From positions 104,832 to 168,831 of the forward strand of contig CAVWJB010000003.1 of NCBI GenBank assembly GCA_963755285.1: 64,000 nt of DNA, written 5' to 3'. The translations under genes were made by a program, and so were the position numbers. The stretch is from an uncultured Chloroflexia bacterium (GTDB lineage Bacteria > Chloroflexota > Limnocylindria > Limnocylindrales > CSP1-4). Every line of letters starts with the position of its first letter. The first letter of the stretch is position 1. Shown piece after piece: positions 8,925 to 18,470 of the stretch. The notes beneath the pieces are model-generated. The model saw only the letters and a program-made list of their open reading frames with translations, did not search any database and was not told the origin of the DNA.

Positions 8925-9616
8925 GCCATCTCTCCGCGTTCCTCGCGCACGCCGCGCGGCAGCGTCACGTACTCGGGCACGAGGGTCGCGAGGTCGTCCG
9001 GACGCCCGTCGCGCAGGCGAGCCGCCCCGAGCTCGAGCAGCGACCGGGCGAGCCGTGCCCGGATCGACGCTCCCCGCTCGAGGGCGTCGGCCGGGGCCCG
9101 CTCGGGCAGGTCGATCGCGAACAGCCGCCAACCAGCGTCGAGGGGCGGCTCGCTGCCGGCCGGGACGAGCGACGCCCGACCGTCTGGGTCGATGACGATC
9201 CGGTCCGTCGGACCGGCCGGGAGGAGCCCGGCGACCAGCGGCGTGGCGGGATCGACGAGCGTCGCGGCGTGCACGAGCGCGAGCCCGGTCGCGACCCCGA
9301 CGAGCGGGATCCCGAGCCCGTGAGCGAGGCCCTTGGCGGTGGCCAGGCCGACCCGGAGCCCGGTGAACGCGCCGGGGCCGGTGCCCACGACGATGCCGCC
9401 GAGCTCGTGGAGGCCGGCACCGGCCTCGGCCAGCACGCCGTCGATCCGGGCGAGCAGCTCCTCGCCGTGGCGGTAGCCGGCGGCCCAGGCGGTCTCGGCC
9501 ATGAGCGCAGCGTCGCTCGTGCCGAGGCCGACGACCGCGATCGTCGTCGCCGTGTCGAAGACGAGGATCGGGGCGTCGGGTCGACCGGCGGCGGTGGACC
9601 CCGGTTGGCCCGTCAC
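8903..9616 (-). CDS. tsaB: tRNA threonylcarbamoyladenosine biosynthesis protein TsaB
   Basis: GTG at 9616 overlaps the tsaE stop (GTGA). Product includes ILVFDTATTIAVVGLG...GIVVGTGPGAFTGLRVGLATAKGLA. Predicted length 237 aa. Confidence 0.85.
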   Translation of the reverse strand: MTGQPGSTAAGRPDAPILVFDTATTIAVVGLGTSDAALMAETAWAAGYRHGEELLARIDGVLAEAGAGLHELGGIVVGTGPGAFTGLRVGLATAKGLAHGLGIPLVGVATGLALVHAATLVDPATPLVAGLLPAGPTDRIVIDPDGRASLVPAGSEPPLDAGWRLFAIDLPERAPADALERGASIRARLARSLLELGAARLRDGRPDDLATLVPEYVTLPRGVREERGEMAWSRDPS

Positions 9617-10107
9617 GACGCGGCCTCGAGGTAGCGGCGCGTGCGCTCGCTGCCGGCGATCAGGTCGATCACCCTGGGCTCGTCGCCGGTCCCGTCGATC
9701 CGGACCTCGAGCCGGTCGGCGGGGAGCGCCGACCCGAGCCGCTCGGCCCACTCGATGAGGGTCACCCCGGCGCTCTCACGCTCGTCGAGCAGGCCCGACG
9801 CGAGCGCCTCCGGCCCGTCGGCCAGCCGGAACAGGTCGATGTGGAACAGCGGCAACCGCCCGGCGTACTCGGCCATCAGGACGAAGCTCGGCGAGTTGAC
9901 CGTCGCGCTGACCCCGAGGCCGGCGGCGAAGCCCTTGGCGAACTGGGTCTTGCCCGCCCCCAGGTCGCCGATCAGGGCGATCAGGTCGCCCGGCTCGGCT
10001 GCCGCGGCGAGGCGAGCGGCCAGCTCGCGGGTCGCCTCCGGGGATTCGCTCGTCAGGTTCACGACGTCGGCGGACGGTGGCAGGGCGCGGGACGACCTGG
10101 GGAGCAT
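9613..10107 (-). CDS. tsaE: tRNA t6A ATPase TsaE
   Basis: 164-aa ORF with the P-loop GDLGAGKTQFAKG and the motif SPSFVLMAEY. Confidence 0.88.
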   Translation of the reverse strand: MLPRSSRALPPSADVVNLTSESPEATRELAARLAAAAEPGDLIALIGDLGAGKTQFAKGFAAGLGVSATVNSPSFVLMAEYAGRLPLFHIDLFRLADGPEALASGLLDERESAGVTLIEWAERLGSALPADRLEVRIDGTGDEPRVIDLIAGSERTRRYLEAAS

Positions 10108-10142
10108 GGCCCGAGGGTAGCGGACTGCAGCTGGGCGTGCCG

Positions 10143-11219
10143 TCAGACGAAGCGTTCGAGATCGGCCACCGGGACGACGGCCACCTCGCCGTCGTCGAGG
10201 ACGATCGCCGCCGCTTCGAGATGGACGCCCGCGGCGAACCGGCGCAGCCCGGCCGACCGGAGCCAGCGGCCCTCGCGCCCGGCCAGCTCGCCGGCCTGGA
10301 CCCGGACCCAGTCGGGCGGCGGCGGCTCGAACCGGGCGGCCGGCGGGTCGAACACGAGCATCGGCGGGTCGACGAAGATCGCCACCTCACGACCCTCGAG
10401 CGCGCCGAGCAGCCTGGCGATCGGCCCGGCGATCGGCCGGCGGACGGTCCCGTCGAGGATGAGCACCGCGAACGGGGCGAGCGGCTGGAGGCTCGCCCGT
10501 TGACGCGCCTCCGATCCCTGGAGGTCGCGCAGGTCCTTGCCGGCAAGCCCGGAGGCGACGACCCCACGCACACCGGTCGCCCGGGCCCGGATGATCGCCT
10601 CCGAGTCGATCCGACCGTCGACCACGAGGATCGCCCCGGCGCGACCGACATCGAGCGCACCGCGGAGCCCCGTTTCGCCCGAGACCGGCTCGAGCCGACC
10701 GCGACTCGGGATGCCGACCGCGAACGTCCCGCGCAGCGCCTGTCCCGACAGCCGGACGGTGAGCCCGCGACCCGGGATCGAGTCGACCACCGACCCGGCC
10801 GCCGGGGCCTCGAGCCGGTCGACGTGAGCGCCGGCGGCGATCCGCCAGCGCCCGTCAGCCGGATGGAGCAGCTCGCCCGCCGGCGTTCGGGGTTGACGCC
10901 GGCGGAGCGGCCCGCCTGCTTCGTGGCCGTCGCCGGGCCACCAGTCGCCGGCCCGGAGAGCCGGGCTCTCGCTGTCCTCCGGACCCTCGAGCGGTGGGCC
11001 GTCGTCGACCCGCGGGTCGCGTTGCCGCTCGGCGAGCCCGAGACCGGCCGTCACCGCGTCGCCCGGCGCGACGAGGATCCGGTCGCCGGGTCCGAGCTCG
11101 AAGCGCGCCACCGGCGCGTCGTCCAGGAGCCGCCGCGCCGGCACGAGCAGGAGGCCCTGGTCGAGCTCGGGCGACAGCCCGGTTGCCGTCGCCGAGCTCG
11201 GGCTGGCGAGCTCGGTCAT
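10143..11219 (-). CDS. Hypothetical protein (358 aa), no family recognised
   Basis: This is the C-terminal segment of the 891-aa track ORF. The ATG at 11219 overlaps the stop of the upstream GlmL-like gene (ATGA). Product begins MTELASPSSATATG... and ends ...VVPVADLERFV. Coding-like GC3. Confidence 0.6.
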   Translation of the reverse strand: MTELASPSSATATGLSPELDQGLLLVPARRLLDDAPVARFELGPGDRILVAPGDAVTAGLGLAERQRDPRVDDGPPLEGPEDSESPALRAGDWWPGDGHEAGGPLRRRQPRTPAGELLHPADGRWRIAAGAHVDRLEAPAAGSVVDSIPGRGLTVRLSGQALRGTFAVGIPSRGRLEPVSGETGLRGALDVGRAGAILVVDGRIDSEAIIRARATGVRGVVASGLAGKDLRDLQGSEARQRASLQPLAPFAVLILDGTVRRPIAGPIARLLGALEGREVAIFVDPPMLVFDPPAARFEPPPPDWVRVQAGELAGREGRWLRSAGLRRFAAGVHLEAAAIVLDDGEVAVVPVADLERFV

Positions 11220-12818
11220 CCGTCGTGACCCGCCCAGAAGGCGTCTTCCCAGGCTTCGAGCATCGCCCGCCGGCGCTCCGCCCGTTCGGGCAGCCGGAGC
11301 GGGACGTCGCGCAGATCGACGAGCAGGCCGCCGAGCCCGCCGCCCACCTCGACGCTCATCCGCCGGGCCCGGGTCCCGAGCCCAACCGGGTCGCGGAAGC
11401 GGAGATCGGCGGTCGCCACCTGACCCGGCGGCAGGTCGACGAGCTGGAGCCCACCCGGCACGAGCTCGAGCTCCGTCTGGCCGGCCGGGCCGCTGACGAC
11501 GAGCCGGCCGGCCGTCCGGCCCGCGCGCAGTCCCTGCGGGACGATCACGCTGCCGAGCGGCGCGAGGAGGTCGTCGGCCAGCTCGGTCAGGAGCATGCGC
11601 CGCTCGGCCGGATCGTCGATCGAGCCGAGCGGGCCGAGGAGCCGGGCGTGGTCGAACGCCAGCTGGCTGGCGCCCGGTCGACGAATGACGTCGGCGATCG
11701 CCAGCGCAATCGCCGGACCCGGGGCCGCCGACCAGGCGCCACCGGCGACGACGATGAGATCCGGCGCCGCCAGCGCCTCGAGCCAGGGCGTCGCCCGGAC
11801 GAGCCGGGTGACGGCCGCGCGGGCGGCGGCCGTCCGGAGCCGGGCGCCCGTCGCCGTGGGCCTCGACCCACGGGCCGAGCCGAAGCTCGCGGAGGCGATC
11901 GCGCATCCGATGCCGATCGAGCGCGATCGTCGACCAGGCGACGACCGCATCGACCGCATCGTCGTCGAGGTCGACCGGGACGAGGGCCGCGTCCGGGACG
12001 AGGGCTGCCGGAGCCTCGAGCCCGTGCGGACCCGCGACGGCTCGCAGGCCGCCGTCGAAGCCGATCTCGACGAGCTCGATCCGCCGATCGAGGATCACGG
12101 CCAGGTCGAGCACCGCACCGAGGGCCTGACGGCGCGGGCTGCCGTCGTTCGGATCGAGCCGATCGAGCAGCCGTCGGAGCGGCTCGCCGGGCGAGTCGCC
12201 GGCGTCGGCGCCGGGCGCGTAGACCGGGCCGTCCCCGTCGTCGGTGCCCTGGGCCGGTGGCGTTGCGAGGTCGTCGCGGGCCATCTCGCCGATCAGGATC
12301 ATCGGCGGCGCGTCGGGCCGGCCGGCGATCCCATTGACGGTCGCACCAAGCTCGATGAGGGCGGCGGTCTCCTCGCGGCTCGTGGCCGGCTCGCCCGTCA
12401 CGGCGATCGCGTCGACATCCCGCTCGAGGGCGATCCGGGTGAGCCCGACCGGTCCGTCCTGATCCAGGCTCGCGCCGCGGACGCGCCAGGCCGCCACGCC
12501 GGCGATCGCCTCGACCGCCGCCCGTTCCCGGACGGTCGTGGCCAGAACCGCCAGGACCGGCGGCGGCGTCGAGCGGGTGGTGAGCCGGGGGGCTGCCGCC
12601 ACGGCTCGGCCGTCAAGGCCGAGTCGATCGGCCGATTCGGGGTCCGCCGCCCGGACCCGGTCGATGAGATGGCCAACGAGGACGTCCTCGTCGACGCCGG
12701 CCGGCAGGGCGACCGCTCCGAGCAGGCGTCGCCGGCCGTCGACCGGGCCGATGAGCGCCGCGGACGCCGTCGCGGCGCCGAGATCGAGCGCGATTCGAAC
12801 GGCGGGATCGACGGTCAC
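11216..12818 (-). CDS. GlmL/MutL-family (glutamate mutase L-like) actin-fold ATPase, frameshifted
   Basis: From GTG at 12818 the product reads VRIALDLGAATASAALIG (phosphate-1-like motif) ...DAIAVTGEP...PPMILIGEMA. The C-terminal half (ARLRTAAARAAV...PDLIVVAGGAWSAAPGP...) is in the frame of track ORF 11216..11959. The break is at ccc 11847-11849. Span is 1603 nt (3n+1). Family call is from motif resemblance only. Confidence 0.55.
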
Positions 12819-12887
12819 CGGTCCATGCTAGCCGAGCCGCCCCGGGGCGGCCGATGTGGCGAGAGCGCCGAGGCCGGGCGGCCGAGC

Positions 12888-13178
12888 TCAGGCGTCGACC
12901 GTGTCGTCCTCGTCGAACTCCTCGAGCCGGTCGATCAGCTGCTCGATCCCGATGTCGTCGGCCAGGATCGCCGAGGCCGACGAGACGTCGCCCCCGAACA
13001 GCCCGCGCAGGGTCGGATCGAAGAAGAGCATCGCGTTGCTGCCGAGCGGCCGGTACGGACGGCTCGCGTTGAGGAAGTGGACGGCCGGCGCGGTCAGCCC
13101 GCGGAACTGGATCTCGCGGGCGACCTGCTCGACGAGGTCGTCGCGCTGCTCGTCGGTCCGTTCCCGCGGGAAGCTCAT
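12888..13178 (-). CDS. Small hypothetical acidic protein (96 aa)
   Basis: ATG at 13178 overlaps the macro-domain gene stop (ATGA). Product begins MSFPRERTDEQRDDLVEQVAREIQFRGLTAPAVHFLNASRPYRPLG and ends ...EEFDEDDTVDA. Confidence 0.6.
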   Translation of the reverse strand: MSFPRERTDEQRDDLVEQVAREIQFRGLTAPAVHFLNASRPYRPLGSNAMLFFDPTLRGLFGGDVSSASAILADDIGIEQLIDRLEEFDEDDTVDA

Positions 13179-13750
13179 CGGAGCGCTCCGCGAAGCGAGC
13201 CCAGGCCGCCTGCCACCGGGACCGGGTCCGCGACGACCTCGATCGCGACGGGTGCGGCGAGAGCGCGCTCGAACGCGCCGTAGGCGGCCGCCCCACGGAC
13301 GGCAAAGGTGACCTCCCCGATCTCGGGCGAGCGTCGGAGCTCGTCGCGGACCGTGGTCACGGCGATCCGGGCCGCATCGTCGATCGGGAACGCGCCGACG
13401 CCGGTCCCGAGCGCGGGCAGCGCCATCGAGGTGACCCCCTGCTCGCGGGCCCGGGCGAACACGCTCCGCACGGCGGTCTCGATCGCCCACGCGCTCGTCC
13501 GCCGATCGCGATCGAGCGACACCGCATGGATGACCAGCCGGGCGGCCAGTCGACCGGCCGGCGTCACGATCGCGTCACCGACCGAGACCGGCGCCTGGCG
13601 GACCGCGGCGAACTCGACCTCCTCGCCGGCGACCGCCTTGAGCGCCTCACCGACGCCGGTCGCCATCCACAGGCTCGGATTGGCCGGATTGACGATCGCG
13701 TCGACCTCGAGCTCGCAGATGTCCCCATTCCAGAGCTGGATGCGACTCAC
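13175..13750 (-). CDS. Macro domain protein (ADP-ribose / O-acetyl-ADP-ribose binding or hydrolase)
   Basis: Product reads VSRIQLWNGDICELEVDAIVNPANPSL...VIHAVSL...MALPALGTGVGAFP. GTG at 13750 overlaps the alr stop (GTGA). The track start at 13762 is the alternative. Confidence 0.8.
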   Translation of the reverse strand: MSRIQLWNGDICELEVDAIVNPANPSLWMATGVGEALKAVAGEEVEFAAVRQAPVSVGDAIVTPAGRLAARLVIHAVSLDRDRRTSAWAIETAVRSVFARAREQGVTSMALPALGTGVGAFPIDDAARIAVTTVRDELRRSPEIGEVTFAVRGAAAYGAFERALAAPVAIEVVADPVPVAGGLGSLRGALR

Positions 13751-15009
13751 CGATCCCTCCACGTCGCGATGGTCCGGACGGCCACCGGTATCGCCGCGGC
13801 ATGGTACACCCGGGGCAAGCGGCGGGACATGGCCGTGACCGTTTCCCAGGTGTTGGTGGTGCGCAGTCGCGCCAGCTCTTCGATCGGGATCGACTGGTCG
13901 CCGTCCGACCCGATCAGCACGAACTCGTCGTCGACGTCGACCGGCCGCCCGCGGACGTCGGTCACGTCGACCATCAGCGCGTCCATCGCGACGTTCCCGA
14001 CGAGCGGCACCCGGTGACCCCGGACGAGCGCCTCGGCCCGGTTCGACAGCGCCCGCGGGTAGCCGTCACCGTACCCGAGGGGGAGCGTCGCGATCCGGCT
14101 CGGGCGGGCGGTCGTGAACGACGGGCCGTAGCCGATCCCGGTCCCTGCCGGCAGGTCGGCGACCCGGACCGGACGGGCGTGGAGCGACAGGATCGGCCGG
14201 AGGGCGGCCGCCGGGTCGCTCGCCGCCGCCGCCGGGACGACGTCGTCGGGCACGATCCCGTAGGTCGCCAGCCCGACTCGTACGGCGTCGTAGGCGGGCA
14301 CGACCCGTCCGAGCAGCCCGGCGCTCGCTGCGAGATGACGAGCCGGAGCGCCGCCCCACGCCTCGGCCAGGCCCATGAGCGCGGCGGCGTAGCGCTCGGC
14401 CTGGGCCTCGGTCCGCGGCAGGTCGTCGGCCTGCTGGAGATGGGACCAGACGCCCGCCAGCTGCACACCGGGGCTCGTCCGGAGTCGGCCGAGGACGGCC
14501 GCGATCCGGCCCGGATCGAGCCCGGCTCGACCGAGCCCCGTCTCGACGTCGAGATGGACCCGCAGGGCTCGTCGCGGACGCGGTCCCCGCTCACCCCGCC
14601 AGGCGGCCGCCGCGGCGTCGACCATCCGCGCGAGGCTCGTCTCCCCGGACGCGCTGACGGCCAGCCCGAGGCGCATCGCCGGGGCGACGACCTCGGGCGG
14701 GATCGCGTAGAGGCACAGGAGCGGCGCCCGGAGGCCGCCGGCGCGGAGCTCGACCGCCTCGTCGAACGTCGCGACCGAGAACCCGTCGGCGCCGGCCGCC
14801 TCGAGCGCCAGCCCGATCGGCACGGCGCCGTGGCCGTAGGCATCGGCCTTGAGGACGGGCTCGACCCGGACCCCTGGCGGGAGGGCGGCCCGAAGCGCCG
14901 CGAGATTCGCCCGCAGCCGGTCGAGGTCGATCTCGAGCCAGGCCGTCCTCGGGAGCGCCGGGAGGCCGGCCGACGCGAGGCGGCCGGCGAGCGACCCGGC
15001 GTCGGTCAC
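13747..15009 (-). CDS. alr: Alanine racemase
   Basis: 420-aa ORF with the PLP-lysine motif VLKADAYGHGAV. The GTG start overlaps the nnrD stop (GTGA). Confidence 0.9.
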   Translation of the reverse strand: MTDAGSLAGRLASAGLPALPRTAWLEIDLDRLRANLAALRAALPPGVRVEPVLKADAYGHGAVPIGLALEAAGADGFSVATFDEAVELRAGGLRAPLLCLYAIPPEVVAPAMRLGLAVSASGETSLARMVDAAAAAWRGERGPRPRRALRVHLDVETGLGRAGLDPGRIAAVLGRLRTSPGVQLAGVWSHLQQADDLPRTEAQAERYAAALMGLAEAWGGAPARHLAASAGLLGRVVPAYDAVRVGLATYGIVPDDVVPAAAASDPAAALRPILSLHARPVRVADLPAGTGIGYGPSFTTARPSRIATLPLGYGDGYPRALSNRAEALVRGHRVPLVGNVAMDALMVDVTDVRGRPVDVDDEFVLIGSDGDQSIPIEELARLRTTNTWETVTAMSRRLPRVYHAAAIPVAVRTIATWRDR

Positions 15010-16046
15010 GAGCCGCTGCTGGGTGCGCCCTCGACGGGCGGTCCCGCGCGGCCGACGGCGCCGAAGCCGAGACGAGCCGGCCGGGCGCGGCGCTGGCCGA
15101 GCGCCACGAGGCGCTTCCGGGCGAGCGCGATCTCGAACGGCAGGTCGCTCGCCAGCAGGCCGGCATCGCCGAGGCGGTCGCGGACGACGTCGCCGGCCGC
15201 CCCGTGGAGGTAGACCCCGAGGCGAGCGGCGTCGTACGGATCGAGACCCTGGGCGAGCAGCGCTCCGATCGTCCCGGCCAGGACGTCGCCGGTGCCACCG
15301 CTGGCCAGGGCCGGGTTCTCGAACGGGGCCCGCGCCGCACGGCCATCCGGCGCGGCCACGATCGTGTGGGCCCCCTTCAGGACGACGACCTGGTTCCAGC
15401 GAGCTGCCGCATCCCGGGCAGCGGCCTCCCGCGCGTCGTCGTCATCGGCCAGGTCGCCGTCGGCGGCGGGCGCGATCCCGCTGGCCGCGCGGAGCCGGGC
15501 GAACTCGCCCACGTGCGGGGTCAGGACGCACGACCGTCGAACCCGCTCCCACCACTCGTCGCGGACGGCGAGCGAGCGCAGCGCCTCGGCGTCGACGACC
15601 GCCGGTGGCGGGCCACCCTCGCCCTCGACGGCAAGCAGGGCGCCGATCAGGTCGGCCGTGGCCAGGCCCGGTCGCAACCCGGGGCCGACGACGAGCGCGT
15701 CATGCTCGTGGTCCATGATCCGGGCGAGAGCGTCCTCGGGCTCGACTTCCTCGACGTCGTCCTCCGGGAGGGCCATCGTCGTCGCCTCGACGACCTTCGC
15801 CGCGAACAGCGGCTGGAGCGACTCGGGCACGGCCAGCGTGACGAGACCGGCGCCGGCCCGTCCGGCCGACCGGCAGACGAGCAACGCCGCGCCGGCGTAG
15901 TCGAGCGAGCCGGCGATCACGAGGAGCTTGCCGAACGTGCCCTTGTGGCCGCGGGCCGGGCGCTCCGGGATCAGCGCGGCGACGGTCTTGTCGTCGAGGA
16001 CCTCGAGCGCGGCCGGAGACCCGCCGGCGGGCGCCGGGTCAGGCAC
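15006..16046 (-). CDS. nnrD: ADP-dependent NAD(P)H-hydrate dehydratase (YjeF C-terminal domain)
   Basis: Product includes GHKGTFGKLLVIAGSLDYAGAALL...VLTPHVGEFARL...ASGGTGDVLAG. The probable GTG start at 16046 overlaps acpS by 8 nt. The upstream part of the track ORF is low-complexity. Confidence 0.8.
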   Translation of the reverse strand: MPDPAPAGGSPAALEVLDDKTVAALIPERPARGHKGTFGKLLVIAGSLDYAGAALLVCRSAGRAGAGLVTLAVPESLQPLFAAKVVEATTMALPEDDVEEVEPEDALARIMDHEHDALVVGPGLRPGLATADLIGALLAVEGEGGPPPAVVDAEALRSLAVRDEWWERVRRSCVLTPHVGEFARLRAASGIAPAADGDLADDDDAREAAARDAAARWNQVVVLKGAHTIVAAPDGRAARAPFENPALASGGTGDVLAGTIGALLAQGLDPYDAARLGVYLHGAAGDVVRDRLGDAGLLASDLPFEIALARKRLVALGQRRARPARLGFGAVGRAGPPVEGAPSSGS

Positions 16047-16587
16047 CGTCCGTCTCCGCGGCGAGCGCCCTGAGCCGGTCCATCCGGGCGAGGATCCTCC
16101 GCTCGTGCTCGTCGAGCCGATCCTCGATGTCGGGCGGGAAGACGTACCGCCCGCCGGCGGTCCGGATCCCGAACGCGATCGCGACGGCGTAGTCGGATTC
16201 GTGGCTGATCGACACGGCGATCCGCTCCATGCCGAGCTGCTCGGCCCGGGCGGCCGCCCGACCGTGGAGGCGCACCGCCGGTTGCCCGGTCGGCATCCGC
16301 TCGATCTCGATCTCGCGCCAGCCGATCCCGCGGACACCCAGCCCGAGGACCTTGCTGACCGCCTCCTTGGCCGCCCAGCGCCCGGCGAACGTCTCCGGAC
16401 GATCGCGGACGTAGCGCCGCTCCGAAGGCGTCAGGACCCGGTTCGAGAAGCGGGAACCGAACCGGCCGAGGGCCGCCCGGATTCGATCGACCTTGATGAT
16501 GTCGATCCCCAGCTCAGTGGTACCCGCGGGCACGAGACCCGGCACCACGCCCTGGGCGACCTCGACCGGGACACCGTCCGAGGCCAT
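16039..16587 (-). CDS. acpS: Holo-[acyl-carrier-protein] synthase
   Basis: 182-aa ORF with LGIDIIKVDRI...RWAAKEAVSKVLG...ISHESDYAVA. It has N- and C-terminal extensions relative to typical AcpS of about 125 aa. Confidence 0.8.
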   Translation of the reverse strand: MASDGVPVEVAQGVVPGLVPAGTTELGIDIIKVDRIRAALGRFGSRFSNRVLTPSERRYVRDRPETFAGRWAAKEAVSKVLGLGVRGIGWREIEIERMPTGQPAVRLHGRAAARAEQLGMERIAVSISHESDYAVAIAFGIRTAGGRYVFPPDIEDRLDEHERRILARMDRLRALAAETDGA

Positions 16588-16591
16588 CGGG

Positions 16592-18422
16592 CTACTCGAC
16601 CGTGACGGACTTGGCCAGGTTGCGCGGTTGGTCGACGTCGGTTCCGCGGGCGATCGCGGTGTAGTAGGCGAACAGCTGGAGCGGGATGATCGCCAGGATC
16701 GGGCTCAGCGCCTCGTGCGTGTCGGGGACCCACAGGACCTCGTCCGCGAAGCGCTCGATCTGGACGTCGCCCTCGGTCGCCACGGCGATGACCCGGGCGT
16801 CCCGGGCGCGCCCCTCCATGACGTTGCTGATCAGCTTGTCGTAGACCGACGAGCGGGTGGCGACCGCGACGAGCGGGACTTCCGGGTCGAGCAGCGAGAT
16901 CGGTCCGTGCTTCAGCTCGCCGGCCGCGTAGCCCTCGGCGTGGACGTAGCTGACCTCCTTGAGCTTGAGCGCTCCCTCGAGCGCCGCCGGGTAGGTGTAG
17001 CCGCGCCCGACGAACATGAACCCGCGCGAGTTGACGTAGCGCCGGGCGAGGTCGGGGACGTCGCCCGCGGCGTCGAGCGCGGCCTGGGCCTGCTTGGGCA
17101 GGCGGCGCAGCGCGGCCCCGAGCTCGAGCTCCTGCTCCGCGCCGAGCCGGCCGCGGGTCTTGGCGATCGCCGCGGCGAGGATCACCAGGGTCGTCACCTG
17201 GGTCACGAACGTCTTCGATGCCGCGACCGCGATCTCCGGTCCGGCCTGCAGGAACAGGACCGCGGCGGCCTCGCGGGTGATCGCCGAGCCGACCGTGTTG
17301 GTCACGGCGACGATCGGACAGCCGTGCTCGCGGGCGAGCCGGGTCGGGGCGATCGTGTCGGCCGTCTCGCCCGACTGGGTGACCGCGATCACGAGCGTCC
17401 GCGCGTCGAGCGGCGGCGGGCTGTAGCGGAACTCGGAGCCGATGTTCGCGCGGGCCGGGATCCCGGCCCAGTCCTGGATCGCGGCCGCGCCGACGAGCGA
17501 CGCGTAGTAGGCCGTTCCGCAGGCGACGAGCTCGACCCGCTCGATCGTCCGGAGCAGCGGCCCGAGATCGGCCAGCTCGGGGACCTCGATCCGGTCGTCC
17601 GACGTGACCCGCCCGGTGATCGCCTGGAGCAGGGCGGTCGGCTGCTCGTGCATCTCCTTGAGCATGAAATGCTCGTAGCCGCCCTTCTCGGCAGCCTCGG
17701 GCGTCCAGTCGATCGTCGAAACGATCCGGTCGACCGCCGTCACCGTCGACGTCGGTGATCGTCACCCCGGACGGCCGGAGGTCGGCGACGTCGCCTTCCT
17801 CGAGGAAGATCACCTGGTCCGTATGGGCGAGGATCGCGGCGACGTCGCTGGCGAGGAAGCTCTCGCCGTCGGCCACGCCGACGACGAGCGGCACGTTCAT
17901 CCGGGCGCCGACGAGCCGGTCCGGCTCCACCCGGTGCATCACGGCCAGGGCGTACGCCCCGTGGACCTGGCGGAGGGCGTGGCGGACGGCATCGGCGAGG
18001 TCACCCGAGTAGGCCTCCTCGATGAGGTGGGCGAAGGCCTCGGTGTCGGTCTCCGACGTCAGCTCGTGACCACGCGCCTCGAGCCCGTCGCGCAGCTCGC
18101 GGAAGTTCTCGACGATCCCGTTGTGGATCACCGTGATGTCGCCGGTGCAGTCCTGGTGGGGATGGGCGTTGAGGTCGTTCGGCCGGCCGTGGGTCGCCCA
18201 GCGGGTGTGGGCGAGGCCGATTGCCGCGTGCGGCGTCCGGTCGGCGATCGCCGTCTGGAGGTTGGCCAGCTTGCCGGCCCGCTTCTCGACGAACAGGTCG
18301 CCGGCGTCGTCGACGAGGGCGATCCCGGCCGAATCGTAGCCGCGGTACTCGAGGCGCTTGAGCCCCTCGATGAGGATCGGGCCCGCCTCACGCGGTCCGG
18401 TGTAGCCGACGATCCCACACAT
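16592..18422 (-). CDS. glmS: Glutamine--fructose-6-phosphate aminotransferase GlmS, frameshifted
   Basis: The N-terminal glutaminase domain is MCGIVGYTGPREA...VTITDVDG (frame of 18422). The SIS domains, AVDRIVSTIDWTPEAAEKGGYEHFMLKEMHEQP...KSVTVE, are in the frame of track ORF 16592..17743. The break is about 17735-17752. Span is 1831 nt (3n+1, 610 codons). Confidence 0.9.
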
Positions 18423-18470
18423 CCGGTCGGAGTCTCCTGAGCGGCCGCGGGGCGCTGCCCCGGGGCCGGG

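Noticed and set aside
10143-12818. 891-aa ORF suggesting one giant protein
   Set aside because: The N-terminal third and C-terminal third are real but belong to two genes. The middle about 230 aa is Arg/Pro-rich off-frame sequence, and the true middle is in ORF 11216..11959.
18423-18470. glmS ribozyme upstream of glmS
   Set aside because: The spacer is only 48 nt. It holds a GC hairpin and an AGGAGA ribosome-binding site and is too short for the ribozyme of roughly 170 nt.
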